DNA of 55,840 bases, from the IMG/VR virus record IMGVR_UViG_3300006868_000023, positions 1 through 55,840 of that record. One strand, given 5' to 3'. The stretch comes from a virus (lineage: Duplodnaviria; Caudoviricetes). A program made the position numbers and the translations under genes. Below, one piece after another: positions 46,583 to 55,454 of this stretch (positions within the stretch are counted from its first letter, which is position 1; each line of letters starts with the position of its first letter). The notes beneath the pieces are model-generated. The model made no database searches. It saw only the letters and a list, made by a program, of their open reading frames with translations, and was not told where the DNA came from.

Positions 46583-47929
46583 ATGGCATATAATCATCCA
46601 GTAACTGGTACAGGCGCTAACTGGCAATTAAACAATTTGCACACTGCAATGGACCGCAACAGTGCCGGTGAACCTATAATCAGAGTGGGGGCAGGCGGTA
46701 CGCCTGGTGTTAACACTGTTGAAATATCTGCAGGCGGCGTAGGCGGCGATGCGTTTGGTCGTTTGAGGGTATCACAACCATTCACACTGTTTGACAGTTC
46801 TCACAGATTCTCAGACAACGACTTGTGGGCAACCAGTAATACTGCACTGACATCGGTAGAGTTTATACAAAGTGAAGGACTGGTTAATCTAACAGTGCCT
46901 ACCACAACTGGTACTAATGTGCTCAGAGAAACAAAGAAAGTGTTTGCATACCAGCCAGGCAAAAGTTTATTAGTTATGAACACGTTTGCTATGGCTCCTG
47001 CTCAAACCAATCTTACTCAAAGAGTGGGATACTTTGGCACTGCAAATGGCATGTATGTGCAACTGCAAGACAGCACCGTGTCTTTTGTTGAAAGAAGCAG
47101 TGTAAGTGGCAGTATGACGGAAACAGTGGTCAACCAGGATAGTTGGAACATTGATAAAATGGATGGCACAGGCCCAAGTGGCATCACTTTAGACATCAGC
47201 AAAGCACAGATCCTGTGGTCAGACATCGAGTGGTTGGGATTGGGCACAGTCCGTATGGGATTTGTGATCAACGGCAAACTGGTCCCCTGTCACAGTTTTC
47301 ATCACGCAAACTTGATTACTTCAACCTACATCACCACAGCCAGCCTGCCACTTAGATATGAAATTGTCAATGATGGTGGTATCACATCACCTGCTACACT
47401 GAAGCAGGTTTGTAGCACAGTGATTTCAGAAGGCGGTATTGGTCTTTCAGGTAGACAACAAGCGGTTGGGGTTCCCATCACAGCTCCTAGAGATTTAGCA
47501 GATAAAGGCGTGTTCTATCCCATAGTCAGTATAAGATTAAAAACAACACCTAATCGACTGGATGCCATAGTGATTCCCACAGCGGCGTCCATTATGGGCG
47601 TGGGCAATGGTATTAACTTCAAATGGAGACTTATGGCCGGCGGAACAGTTACAGGCGACACCTGGCTGAGTGCTGGCGACAACAGTGCAGTGGAATACAA
47701 CATTACTGGCACAGCATACTCAGGTGGCAGGATACTGGCCAGTGGCTACTTGAACAGTAGTAATCAGGGCTCGCCAACCACAGACATTCTCAAAGAAGCA
47801 CTGTTCAAATTTCAGTTAGAAAGAAACACTTTTACTAATACACCAGAAGTATTCGTACTAGCAGTGACGGCTGCCACTGATGACGAACAGATGTATGGTT
47901 CTTTGGACTGGGAAGAAGTTACCAGGTAG
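46583..47929 (+). CDS. Putative virion structural protein
   Basis: DAFGRLRVSQPFTLFDS...YQPGKS...EWLGLG..R.GF...ASLPLRYEI; beta-rich. Confidence 0.6.
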   Translation: MAYNHPVTGTGANWQLNNLHTAMDRNSAGEPIIRVGAGGTPGVNTVEISAGGVGGDAFGRLRVSQPFTLFDSSHRFSDNDLWATSNTALTSVEFIQSEGLVNLTVPTTTGTNVLRETKKVFAYQPGKSLLVMNTFAMAPAQTNLTQRVGYFGTANGMYVQLQDSTVSFVERSSVSGSMTETVVNQDSWNIDKMDGTGPSGITLDISKAQILWSDIEWLGLGTVRMGFVINGKLVPCHSFHHANLITSTYITTASLPLRYEIVNDGGITSPATLKQVCSTVISEGGIGLSGRQQAVGVPITAPRDLADKGVFYPIVSIRLKTTPNRLDAIVIPTAASIMGVGNGINFKWRLMAGGTVTGDTWLSAGDNSAVEYNITGTAYSGGRILASGYLNSSNQGSPTTDILKEALFKFQLERNTFTNTPEVFVLAVTAATDDEQMYGSLDWEEVTR

Positions 47930-47963
47930 CACATTCAATCTCATCCTCATCGACAACTAACGG

Positions 47964-47991
47964 TTGACAACAGCCAAAATCTTGCTATAAT
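47964..47991 (+). promoter_or_regulatory. sigma70-like promoter, with TAAATA at 48006-48011
   Basis: TTGACA-N16-TATAAT with TGn. Confidence 0.8.
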
Positions 47992-48029
47992 AGATACTGT
48001 GGACATAAATATTAACACAGGAAAATAAT

Positions 48030-48293
48030 ATGGCATTCAACAGAACATTTAATCAAGAAGAAAAGGCTCGTCTTAAAAAGTTGATAGACGAGGGTATGCA
48101 AGTTACTTACGAAATTGAAAACCTCAAAGAAGGTCTACGTGATACTGTGAAAGCAATCGCAGAAGAAATGGACCTCAAACCAGGTGTGCTAAACAAAGCA
48201 ATTCGTATTGCACACAAAGCCAGTTTCCAAGAAGAATATGACAAGTTCGATGAACTAGAAACTATCCTTGAAACTGTTGGTAGAACACTTTAA
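48030..48293 (+). CDS. Small helical protein, possible dsDNA-binding (T4 DsbA/GapR-like)
   Basis: EKARLKKLIDEG...LRDTVKAIAEEMDLKPGVLNKAIRIAHK. Confidence 0.55.
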   Translation: MAFNRTFNQEEKARLKKLIDEGMQVTYEIENLKEGLRDTVKAIAEEMDLKPGVLNKAIRIAHKASFQEEYDKFDELETILETVGRTL

Positions 48294-48296
48294 TTG

Positions 48297-48449
48297 TATA
48301 AGTATATCTGAACTGTTTACATAATAGGAATGGGACGTGAGCAGAGTAGAAATAAATTGCTTACAGTCAGTGGGAACTACTGAACCCCACCTTAACATTG
48401 GTAGTGCTTACACAATGTTATGCGACGAAAGGTAAACAGTTCAGTTTTT
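48297..48449 (+). ncRNA. Candidate stand-alone structured ncRNA (about 140 nt)
   Basis: TATAAGTA upstream; 13-bp perfect closing stem 48308-48320/48432-48444, three internal hairpins, U-tract. Confidence 0.5.
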
Positions 48450-48496
48450 AATTTGGTATTGCGTCAGCCACAAGTGATGCTCGGAGACAGACACAT

Positions 48497-51178
48497 ATGA
48501 GTTACGTAGATGCTTTCTATGATAAGCAAAAAGATCTAATTCGCGTAGTAGAGCGAGTAGATGGAAAGCGACATCTTATAGAGCACAAGCCAGAATACAA
48601 CTTTTATGTCTCAGATCCCAGAGGTTCCCACAGAAGCATATACGGCGAACCAGTTCAAGAAATACGTTGTAAAAATATCAAAGACTTTCGCAAGAATGTT
48701 GCTATCAATAAAACAAATAAAACATACGAAAGTGATATTAAACCACTGAACAAAACTATTGCGAAGCATTATCTAAATGCTGAGCCACCCAAACTGCACA
48801 CAGCCTTTTTTGATATCGAGGTAGACTTTGATCCTGATCGAGGATACAGTTCACCTGAAGATGCTTTCATGGAGATAACATCTGTTGGTGTATACTTGCA
48901 GTGGATGGATGCAATGGTGTGTTTAGCAGTACCACCTAAAACACTTAGTTGGGGTCAGGCACAGAACATTGCTAAAGAGCTACCTGAAGTAATACTGTTT
49001 AAGACCGAAAAAGAATTACTGCAAACATTCCTCAACCTTATTGAAGATGCAGACATACTAAGCGGATGGAACAGTGAGGGTTATGATATTCCTTACACCA
49101 TCAATCGTATTATCAAAGTGTTGGGCAAAAGTGAATTACGCAAACTATGTTTGTTTGATCAAATGCCAAGACAAAGAACCTATGAAGCATTTGGCAGTGA
49201 ACGTGAAACATATGACTTGATTGGTCGTGTACACTTAGACTATATGCAACTGTATCGCAAATACAACTATGAGGAACGACACAGTTACAGACTTGACTAC
49301 ATTGGTGAGATGGAAGTAGGTGAGAAGAAGGTAGCCTATGAAGGTAGTTTAGATAGACTTTACAATCATGACTTCCTCAAGTTCTTAGAATACAATATTC
49401 AAGACGTATTGTTGTTAGATAAGTTAGACAAGAAACTACAGTTTATTGATCTTGCTAACACTATTGCACATGATAATACTGTATTACTTCCAACTACAAT
49501 GGGTGCTGTAGCAACCACGGAACAAGCAATTATTAACGAAGCACACAGACGTGATTACATTGTGCCAGACAGAGACCGCAGTGAGAAAAAGAACACACAG
49601 GCGGCTGGTGCCTATGTTGCGTTCCCCAAGAAAGGTTATCATGAATGGGTAGGCAGTATGGACTTGAACAGTCTGTATCCTAGTGTGTTTAGAGCATTAA
49701 ACATGGCTCCTGAAACCATTGTTGGGCAACTACGCCAAGACTATACAGAAGAAGAAATTAACAATAAGATGACATTGGAGAAGAAGTCATTTGCAGATTC
49801 TTGGTTAGGTAAGTTTGGTAGCAATGAATATGAAATGGTTATGTCTAAAGACGTTAACCACACAATGCATTTAGATATGGAAGATGGCTCAACTGTAGAA
49901 GTTACAGGTGCCGATGTTTACAACTTAGTTTTTAATAGTGGGCAACCTTGGAATATCAGTGCCAATGGTACAATATTCAAAACAGACTTCCAAGGTATTG
50001 TTCCAGGCTTATTGGAGAGATGGTATGCAGAAAGAAAAGAGTTACAAGCAAACAAAAAGAAAGCAACCACAGATGCCGACATTGCATTTTGGGATAAGCG
50101 ACAGTTGGTCAAGAAGATTAATCTTAATAGTTTGTATGGTGCTATTCTCAATCCTGGTTGTAGATTCTTTGACAAGAGAATCGGTCAATCCACAACACTT
50201 ACTGGACGGGCCATTACAAAACACATGGGAGCAGAAACAAACAGAATGCTTACAGGAGTGTACGATCATACTGGCGACACTATAGTATATGGTGATACTG
50301 ACTCAGTGTACTTTACTGCAACTCCAGCATTAAAAGAAGGACAGACATTAGATATGGAGAGTGCAATTAATTTGTATGATCACATATCAGATACTGTGAG
50401 CTCAACATTCCCAAAAATGTTAAAGGAAAGTTTCAACGTACCAACTGACCAAGGTGCTGTTATGCAAGCCGGTAGAGAAGTAGTTGGTAGGTCAGGTTTG
50501 TTTATTACCAAGAAGCGATATGCAATCAAGTGTTTGGACATTGAAGGCTATCAACCAGAAGGTGGTAAACTAAAAATTATGGGCATGGATATCAAGCGAA
50601 GTGATACGCCTGAATTCATACAAGACTTCTTAGAAGAAGTATTAGATGATGCACTAGAAGGCAAAACTGAAAGCGAAGTTATAGCAAAGATCAGAGACTT
50701 CAAGAAGCACTTCCAAGGCCTAGAGCCGTGGTTAAAAGGTATGCCTAAACGTGTAAACAACTTGACAATGTATGGTGAGAAACTTGCCAAACAAAGACGT
50801 GTTGAAGCAAATAATTACAAACTAAAACGTCTCACAGACTTAGCACCTGAGAACACAATGATACCAGGGCATGTAAGAGCAAGTATTAATTGGAATGAAC
50901 TTAAACAGGCTCACGGAGACAACTACAGTATGACTATCATGGACGGACAAAAAGTAATTGTGTGCCGTCTTAAAAATAATCCGATGGGCTATTCCAGCAT
51001 TGCATATCCAACAGATGAATTGCATATTCCAGAATGGTTTAAGGAGTTGCCCTTTGATACTGAAGCAATGGAGCAGGCAGTATTGGATAAAAAGATTAGT
51101 AATGTTTTAGGTGCTATGAATTGGGACTTAAAGCGAATTAACGAGAGTGAGGCCTTACAAGCCTTCTTTGAATTTTAA
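48497..51178 (+). CDS. Family B DNA polymerase (gp43-like)
   Basis: ExoI FFDIE, ExoII WNSEGYD, DLNSLYPS, KINLNSLYG, YGDTDS, KKRY. Confidence 0.96.
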   Translation: MSYVDAFYDKQKDLIRVVERVDGKRHLIEHKPEYNFYVSDPRGSHRSIYGEPVQEIRCKNIKDFRKNVAINKTNKTYESDIKPLNKTIAKHYLNAEPPKLHTAFFDIEVDFDPDRGYSSPEDAFMEITSVGVYLQWMDAMVCLAVPPKTLSWGQAQNIAKELPEVILFKTEKELLQTFLNLIEDADILSGWNSEGYDIPYTINRIIKVLGKSELRKLCLFDQMPRQRTYEAFGSERETYDLIGRVHLDYMQLYRKYNYEERHSYRLDYIGEMEVGEKKVAYEGSLDRLYNHDFLKFLEYNIQDVLLLDKLDKKLQFIDLANTIAHDNTVLLPTTMGAVATTEQAIINEAHRRDYIVPDRDRSEKKNTQAAGAYVAFPKKGYHEWVGSMDLNSLYPSVFRALNMAPETIVGQLRQDYTEEEINNKMTLEKKSFADSWLGKFGSNEYEMVMSKDVNHTMHLDMEDGSTVEVTGADVYNLVFNSGQPWNISANGTIFKTDFQGIVPGLLERWYAERKELQANKKKATTDADIAFWDKRQLVKKINLNSLYGAILNPGCRFFDKRIGQSTTLTGRAITKHMGAETNRMLTGVYDHTGDTIVYGDTDSVYFTATPALKEGQTLDMESAINLYDHISDTVSSTFPKMLKESFNVPTDQGAVMQAGREVVGRSGLFITKKRYAIKCLDIEGYQPEGGKLKIMGMDIKRSDTPEFIQDFLEEVLDDALEGKTESEVIAKIRDFKKHFQGLEPWLKGMPKRVNNLTMYGEKLAKQRRVEANNYKLKRLTDLAPENTMIPGHVRASINWNELKQAHGDNYSMTIMDGQKVIVCRLKNNPMGYSSIAYPTDELHIPEWFKELPFDTEAMEQAVLDKKISNVLGAMNWDLKRINESEALQAFFEF

Positions 51179-51202
51179 TCGAAAAAAATGGAAAACTTTT
51201 TC

Positions 51203-51230
51203 TTGACTTTTCTAAATAAGAGTGTACAAT
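51203..51230 (+). promoter_or_regulatory. sigma70-like promoter
   Basis: TTGACT-N16-TACAAT; ATG 6 nt downstream. Confidence 0.6.
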
Positions 51231-51236
51231 AGATTT

Positions 51237-51485
51237 ATGCCAGAACATAAACAAATTAGACAAGCATTCTACGAAGCATTAACTGATACAGGTATTGCGG
51301 CTGTAGTTAACATACCACTTAACTTTGTGTTAGTATATTTGTGTATTGACGTATGGCAAGTAGGCACAATGTGGACTAGTGTTATAATGACAACTATATT
51401 CACAACGTATGCTATCGCACGTAAGACTGTAGTTAGATTATATTTTGAACGTGAAGCAATTAAAAAACAAGCCAAAGTAACTTAA
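51237..51485 (+). CDS. Small membrane protein
   Basis: EALTDT...two TM segments...RKTVVRLYF. Confidence 0.65.
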   Translation: MPEHKQIRQAFYEALTDTGIAAVVNIPLNFVLVYLCIDVWQVGTMWTSVIMTTIFTTYAIARKTVVRLYFEREAIKKQAKVT

Positions 51486-51494
51486 GGAGATAAT

Positions 51495-52250
51495 ATGGCG
51501 GATAATTATATTAAGGACACATTGAAAGATGTGTTAAGACATACCCACAACTTGGGTATTTTTGAAATGGTAAAGATCAAAGGCACTGTTGAGTCTACTG
51601 ATATTGAAACCGTGGACGCAGAAAAAACTGTGATCTTGAAAGGTAACACAATTAATCCTGTGCCTGACTTTGTTGATGCAACAGTTGGACTAAGTAGAAT
51701 GGGTGTGTTAGATGGATACTTAAAGTTTCCAGGCTTTGATGATGAGAACGCAACCGTAAAAGTTGTTACACAAAATCGCAATGACGAAGACGTTCCTGTT
51801 GAAGTAGAGTTTGTTAGTGCTGAAGGTACTGATGCACACTATAGATTTATGTTAGCAGATGTTGTTAATCAGCAACTAAAAGACATTAAGTTTAAGGGTG
51901 CAGAGTTTGATGTAAACATTGTGCCTAGTGCTAAGATGCTAAAAGATCTCAGTTACTTTAACAGTGTAATTGGTGCATTCGAAACCAACTTCTCTCCACG
52001 TACAGAAGACAACAAACTGTATTTCTATATTGGTGATGAGGGCAGTGACAGAACTAAGGTACTTGTTGCTGAAGGTGTTGATGGCGAAATCAAACACGAC
52101 TTCCGTTGGAACTTAGACATTGTGCTAAAGATTTTACGTTTAGGTGACAACTCAAATGTAGTAATAAGTTTTAATGGACAAGGACTATGCCAAATTGTTG
52201 TTGACAGTGGCTTAGGTGTCTACACATATCTATTACCAGCAAGGAGTTAA
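51495..52250 (+). CDS. Sliding clamp (gp45-like)
   Basis: 251 aa directly after PolB; HYRF and C-terminal GLGVYTYLLPA typical of phage clamps; clamp loader present in window. Confidence 0.65.
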   Translation: MADNYIKDTLKDVLRHTHNLGIFEMVKIKGTVESTDIETVDAEKTVILKGNTINPVPDFVDATVGLSRMGVLDGYLKFPGFDDENATVKVVTQNRNDEDVPVEVEFVSAEGTDAHYRFMLADVVNQQLKDIKFKGAEFDVNIVPSAKMLKDLSYFNSVIGAFETNFSPRTEDNKLYFYIGDEGSDRTKVLVAEGVDGEIKHDFRWNLDIVLKILRLGDNSNVVISFNGQGLCQIVVDSGLGVYTYLLPARS

Positions 52251-52253
52251 TGA

Positions 52254-53813
52254 ATGGATTTAGGCAAAAGACAACGAGACTATGCAGTATATCTCCCTGC
52301 AATTAGTAGTTTCTATGTAAAACAAGTTGACAAGATTATCAACAAAGTTCCTGCAGAAAGTAGAGTGCCTGCAGGATTTGAACATGGTAACGAAGGTCTC
52401 GATTTCCTAAAGTCTAAAGATACATATTATCATTACCCTTGGGGTCTTTACTCTGCAGGTCATGCTCACTTAGACATTAATAAAAGTCATGCTGATGAGC
52501 CAATGATCCAAGACAGAGATAGAAACACTACAATTATTTTAGGTGACAGTGGCGGTTTCCAAATTGCTACTGGCGTACTTAAACTAGACTGGGCTAACGC
52601 AAAGGATCCTAATGATCCTGCTCGAACTGCAATCTGCGAAAAAATACTGCGTTGGCTCGAGCATACAGCAGATTGGAGTATGACACTAGATATTCCGGCA
52701 TTTGCCGCAGTCGAGCCACTTAGCAGTAAAACTGGGCTTACATCTTTTGACGATACATTAGATATCAGTCTACTAAACTTGGACTACTTTGTTCGTAATC
52801 GAGTGCCAGGTGCAACCAAGTTCCTTAATGTAATTAGTGGTACAGATGAGGCCACAAGTAAAACTTGGTATGAAGCAGTTAAGAGCTTCAGTAAGCCACA
52901 GTTTACTGCAGAAGCATACGGTGATGCAAACAGAGCATTGGAAGGCTATGCCTTTGCTGGTATTAATATGAAAGACCTCAGTTGCGTCTTGAATAGGCTT
53001 TTAGATTTGCGTGAAGATGGATTACTAGAAGGCAAGGATTGGATACACTTCCTTGGTACTGGTAAACTACAATGGGCCTGTTTCCTAACCAGCATTCAAA
53101 GAATGTTACGCCAACATGATAACCCAAACATTACTTTGAGTTTCGATGCGGCATCACCGTTTGTGAATACAGCATATGGTCAAACCTATGCACACAATTT
53201 CTTTGAGCCAGGTAAGTTTGGTTACTTTATGGATCGTGCATTTGATCAACAACAATTTAAGGGCAGTGAGTTGCCAGCACCATTTGGACATTCACCTGTA
53301 ATGAGCAGACTCACAATGGGCGACCTGTGTCCATTAGAAGCAGGTGATACAGACAAAAACGGCAAGGCTAAACTTGCAGAAGGACAACCTATCTTAGACA
53401 AAGAAGGTAAGCCTAAACTGGATGCTGACGGTAATCCTATGGTAGCAGAACGTGATAGCACTAGTTGGGACACACAAAGTTATTTGTATTACATGGCTCA
53501 CAGTGTGTTTAATCACATTGATGCAGTACAAGAGGCAAACAGACTAGCAGACGTAGAACGTACTAGGGAACCTGTGCATTATTCACAGTGGAGAAAGCCT
53601 AGCAAGAAAAGTAGTAAGGCACAAGAAGTATCTCCATACGTACCAGTAAACTTGTTTTACTTTGATAGTTTTGCAAAGGAAGTATTAGATCCTGCTTGTG
53701 AAAACCCAAGAGGACTAATTAAGGACTACAAAGAAATGTTGGATTCATTCAGTGTAGGTGGTGAAGTAGAAGATACTAAAGAGGAAGTATTAAATGAGTT
53801 TTTTGAATTTTAA
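52254..53813 (+). CDS. tRNA-guanine transglycosylase-fold protein (TGT/DpdA-like)
   Basis: ILGDSGGFQ, MTLDIP, IHFLG, SFDAASP: catalytic TGT-fold motifs. Confidence 0.75.
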   Translation: MDLGKRQRDYAVYLPAISSFYVKQVDKIINKVPAESRVPAGFEHGNEGLDFLKSKDTYYHYPWGLYSAGHAHLDINKSHADEPMIQDRDRNTTIILGDSGGFQIATGVLKLDWANAKDPNDPARTAICEKILRWLEHTADWSMTLDIPAFAAVEPLSSKTGLTSFDDTLDISLLNLDYFVRNRVPGATKFLNVISGTDEATSKTWYEAVKSFSKPQFTAEAYGDANRALEGYAFAGINMKDLSCVLNRLLDLREDGLLEGKDWIHFLGTGKLQWACFLTSIQRMLRQHDNPNITLSFDAASPFVNTAYGQTYAHNFFEPGKFGYFMDRAFDQQQFKGSELPAPFGHSPVMSRLTMGDLCPLEAGDTDKNGKAKLAEGQPILDKEGKPKLDADGNPMVAERDSTSWDTQSYLYYMAHSVFNHIDAVQEANRLADVERTREPVHYSQWRKPSKKSSKAQEVSPYVPVNLFYFDSFAKEVLDPACENPRGLIKDYKEMLDSFSVGGEVEDTKEEVLNEFFEF

Positions 53814-54162
53814 GATTAAGAATCCCTTTAAGAAAAACGTAAAGGTCAACGCCCTAAAAGGCGATGTTACAATGTTTGATAATGCTATTAGACAATGGCA
53901 TCACGATCGTAATTTAATTAATGGTAGCACTGATAAAGATCAAGTGCTAAAGTTAATGCAAGAACTAGGCGAACTCAGTGATAGTTGCTGTAAAGGCAAA
54001 GACATGAGAGACGACTTAGGCGACATGATGGTAGTTATGTTAAACATTATGGAACGCAACGGCTACTCATTAGAAGGCTGTCTTGCACAGGCATATGGCG
54101 ATATTAAAGATCGCAAAGGTAAAATGGTAGACGGTATTTTTGTTAAGGAAGGCGATCTCTAA
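53794..54162 (+). CDS. MazG-like nucleotide pyrophosphohydrolase
   Basis: QVLKLMQELGEL...DDLGD...AYGDIKDRKGKMVDGIFVKE; start may be 53872. Confidence 0.8.
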   Translation: MSFLNFKIKNPFKKNVKVNALKGDVTMFDNAIRQWHHDRNLINGSTDKDQVLKLMQELGELSDSCCKGKDMRDDLGDMMVVMLNIMERNGYSLEGCLAQAYGDIKDRKGKMVDGIFVKEGDL

Positions 54163-54674
54163 TGGAAAGAGAAGGTTATACCATAGATACAAAGTTCTTT
54201 ATTGGCACTGAAGTAGAGCATAGTCCTGCACATGGTCAAAGAACATTGTTTGTTATCGGTACACAACCTTACAAAGAAGTTTTAGCAAGAGCACTTAATA
54301 ATAATTGTCCACACATTTATTTGGGTGCTAATCAAAGTTTCAGTGTTGACACAGAACATGAAAGTCAAGAATGGGATTTTATGTTAAACAAACTTGTAGT
54401 TGATACAGATATTTGGGTAACATTAGACTTTGATGTGAAGTATGCAGAGTGGGTACTGGAAAGTGGTATGACAGAGTATGACACTTTTATACCAATGGTT
54501 AGTGTCAAGTTACCTTACATCAATCAGTTCAACTATAATACCACTATCAAGTTAGACGACAAAAATTTCAAAGCAACAAATCCAGGCGTATGGTGTCACA
54601 GTTTACATGAACTGCAAACAAGAAAAACATTTACCGACTGGACCAAATACACCAAGGATGAGATTATAGACTAA
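54162..54674 (+). CDS. Hypothetical phage protein
   Basis: FFIGTEVEHSPA..TLFV...HIYLGANQSF...TNPGVWCH. Confidence 0.7.
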   Translation: MEREGYTIDTKFFIGTEVEHSPAHGQRTLFVIGTQPYKEVLARALNNNCPHIYLGANQSFSVDTEHESQEWDFMLNKLVVDTDIWVTLDFDVKYAEWVLESGMTEYDTFIPMVSVKLPYINQFNYNTTIKLDDKNFKATNPGVWCHSLHELQTRKTFTDWTKYTKDEIID

Positions 54675-54838
54675 TGGAAGGATTTATATTAGCAGTAGGA
54701 ATTATTGCAAGTTTTTGGGCAATAGTATCTTTTTTAATTAGTGCAGAAGGTACAAAGGGTATTGCCGACAAACCGTACAAAACAAAAAGCGGAGTAACAC
54801 ACACTGCACGTAAAAGCAGAGAGAAACACATAGTATGA
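54674..54838 (+). CDS. Small membrane-anchored protein, 54 aa (not in ORF track)
   Basis: MEGFILAVGIIASFWAIVSFLISAEGTKGIADKPYKTKSGVTHTARKSREKHIV; coupled overlaps at both ends. Confidence 0.6.
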   Translation: MEGFILAVGIIASFWAIVSFLISAEGTKGIADKPYKTKSGVTHTARKSREKHIV

Positions 54839-55062
54839 GACAGAACGAAAAACCACATCAAACATTAGCATGGTTTGCTACAGCAATGCTAGTATGTGCG
54901 GCATGTTTAGCAAGTTTTGTACCTGCTATGGAGTTGCATCATTATTTTTTTATAACTGCTAACAGTATTTGGACTGCTGTTGGTGTACTTTGGAAAGAAC
55001 AAACAGTTTGGGTATTAAATGCTAGTTTAACTTTTGTTTATATTTTAGGACTTTTATTATGA
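54835..55062 (+). CDS. Small membrane protein
   Basis: 75 aa, about 3 TM segments. Confidence 0.65.
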   Translation: MRQNEKPHQTLAWFATAMLVCAACLASFVPAMELHHYFFITANSIWTAVGVLWKEQTVWVLNASLTFVYILGLLL

Positions 55063-55454
55063 TGAAAAGCAAATTACATTGGACCACAGTGTTAACAGAA
55101 CGTGCAATTATTGCATTGATTGGCGTTTGTACTGTTTTTGCCATTGGCGATTACTTATTTGGTATGTGGTTAGCAAGATCTGTTGTGTTAGCAGATTTAT
55201 TTATGTTGTTTATTTTTGCAGAGGTTGTTGCAATGATAGGAGCATTTTATAACACAGAACGTATTCCTGTAACATTACCAATAATTATTGCAATTACTGC
55301 CTTGTGTAGATTAATAGTATTGCACAGTAAAGATATGGAACCCATTGGGCTATTTGCAGAAGCAGGTGCTATTTTAATTTTAGCAGGTGCGGCTTACTTA
55401 ATGAGTCTAAAAGATAAACTAAGTTTGGAAAAGTTAAAGGTTGACAAAGACTAA
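55059..55454 (+). CDS. psiE: Phosphate-starvation-inducible PsiE family membrane protein
   Basis: LADLFMLFIFAEV..MI..FY...IPVTLPIIIAITALCRLIVL. Confidence 0.8.
   Translation: MMKSKLHWTTVLTERAIIALIGVCTVFAIGDYLFGMWLARSVVLADLFMLFIFAEVVAMIGAFYNTERIPVTLPIIIAITALCRLIVLHSKDMEPIGLFAEAGAILILAGAAYLMSLKDKLSLEKLKVDKD

Noticed and set aside
48320-48400. Cobalamin riboswitch suggested by AATAGGAA...CCCCAC
   Set aside because: Lacks the CGGTG-AA-TCCG T-loop stem and the GCCACTG B12 box
48497-51178. Intein or intron in the DNA polymerase
   Set aside because: Continuous 893-aa ORF of normal size with all motifs in order
135-54861. Many antisense or alternate-frame ORFs in the track (e.g. 135..443, 24990..25589, 32614..33471, 35484..36053)
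   Set aside because: They shadow well-supported genes, lack SD or promoter signals, and arise from the codon bias of the sense strand
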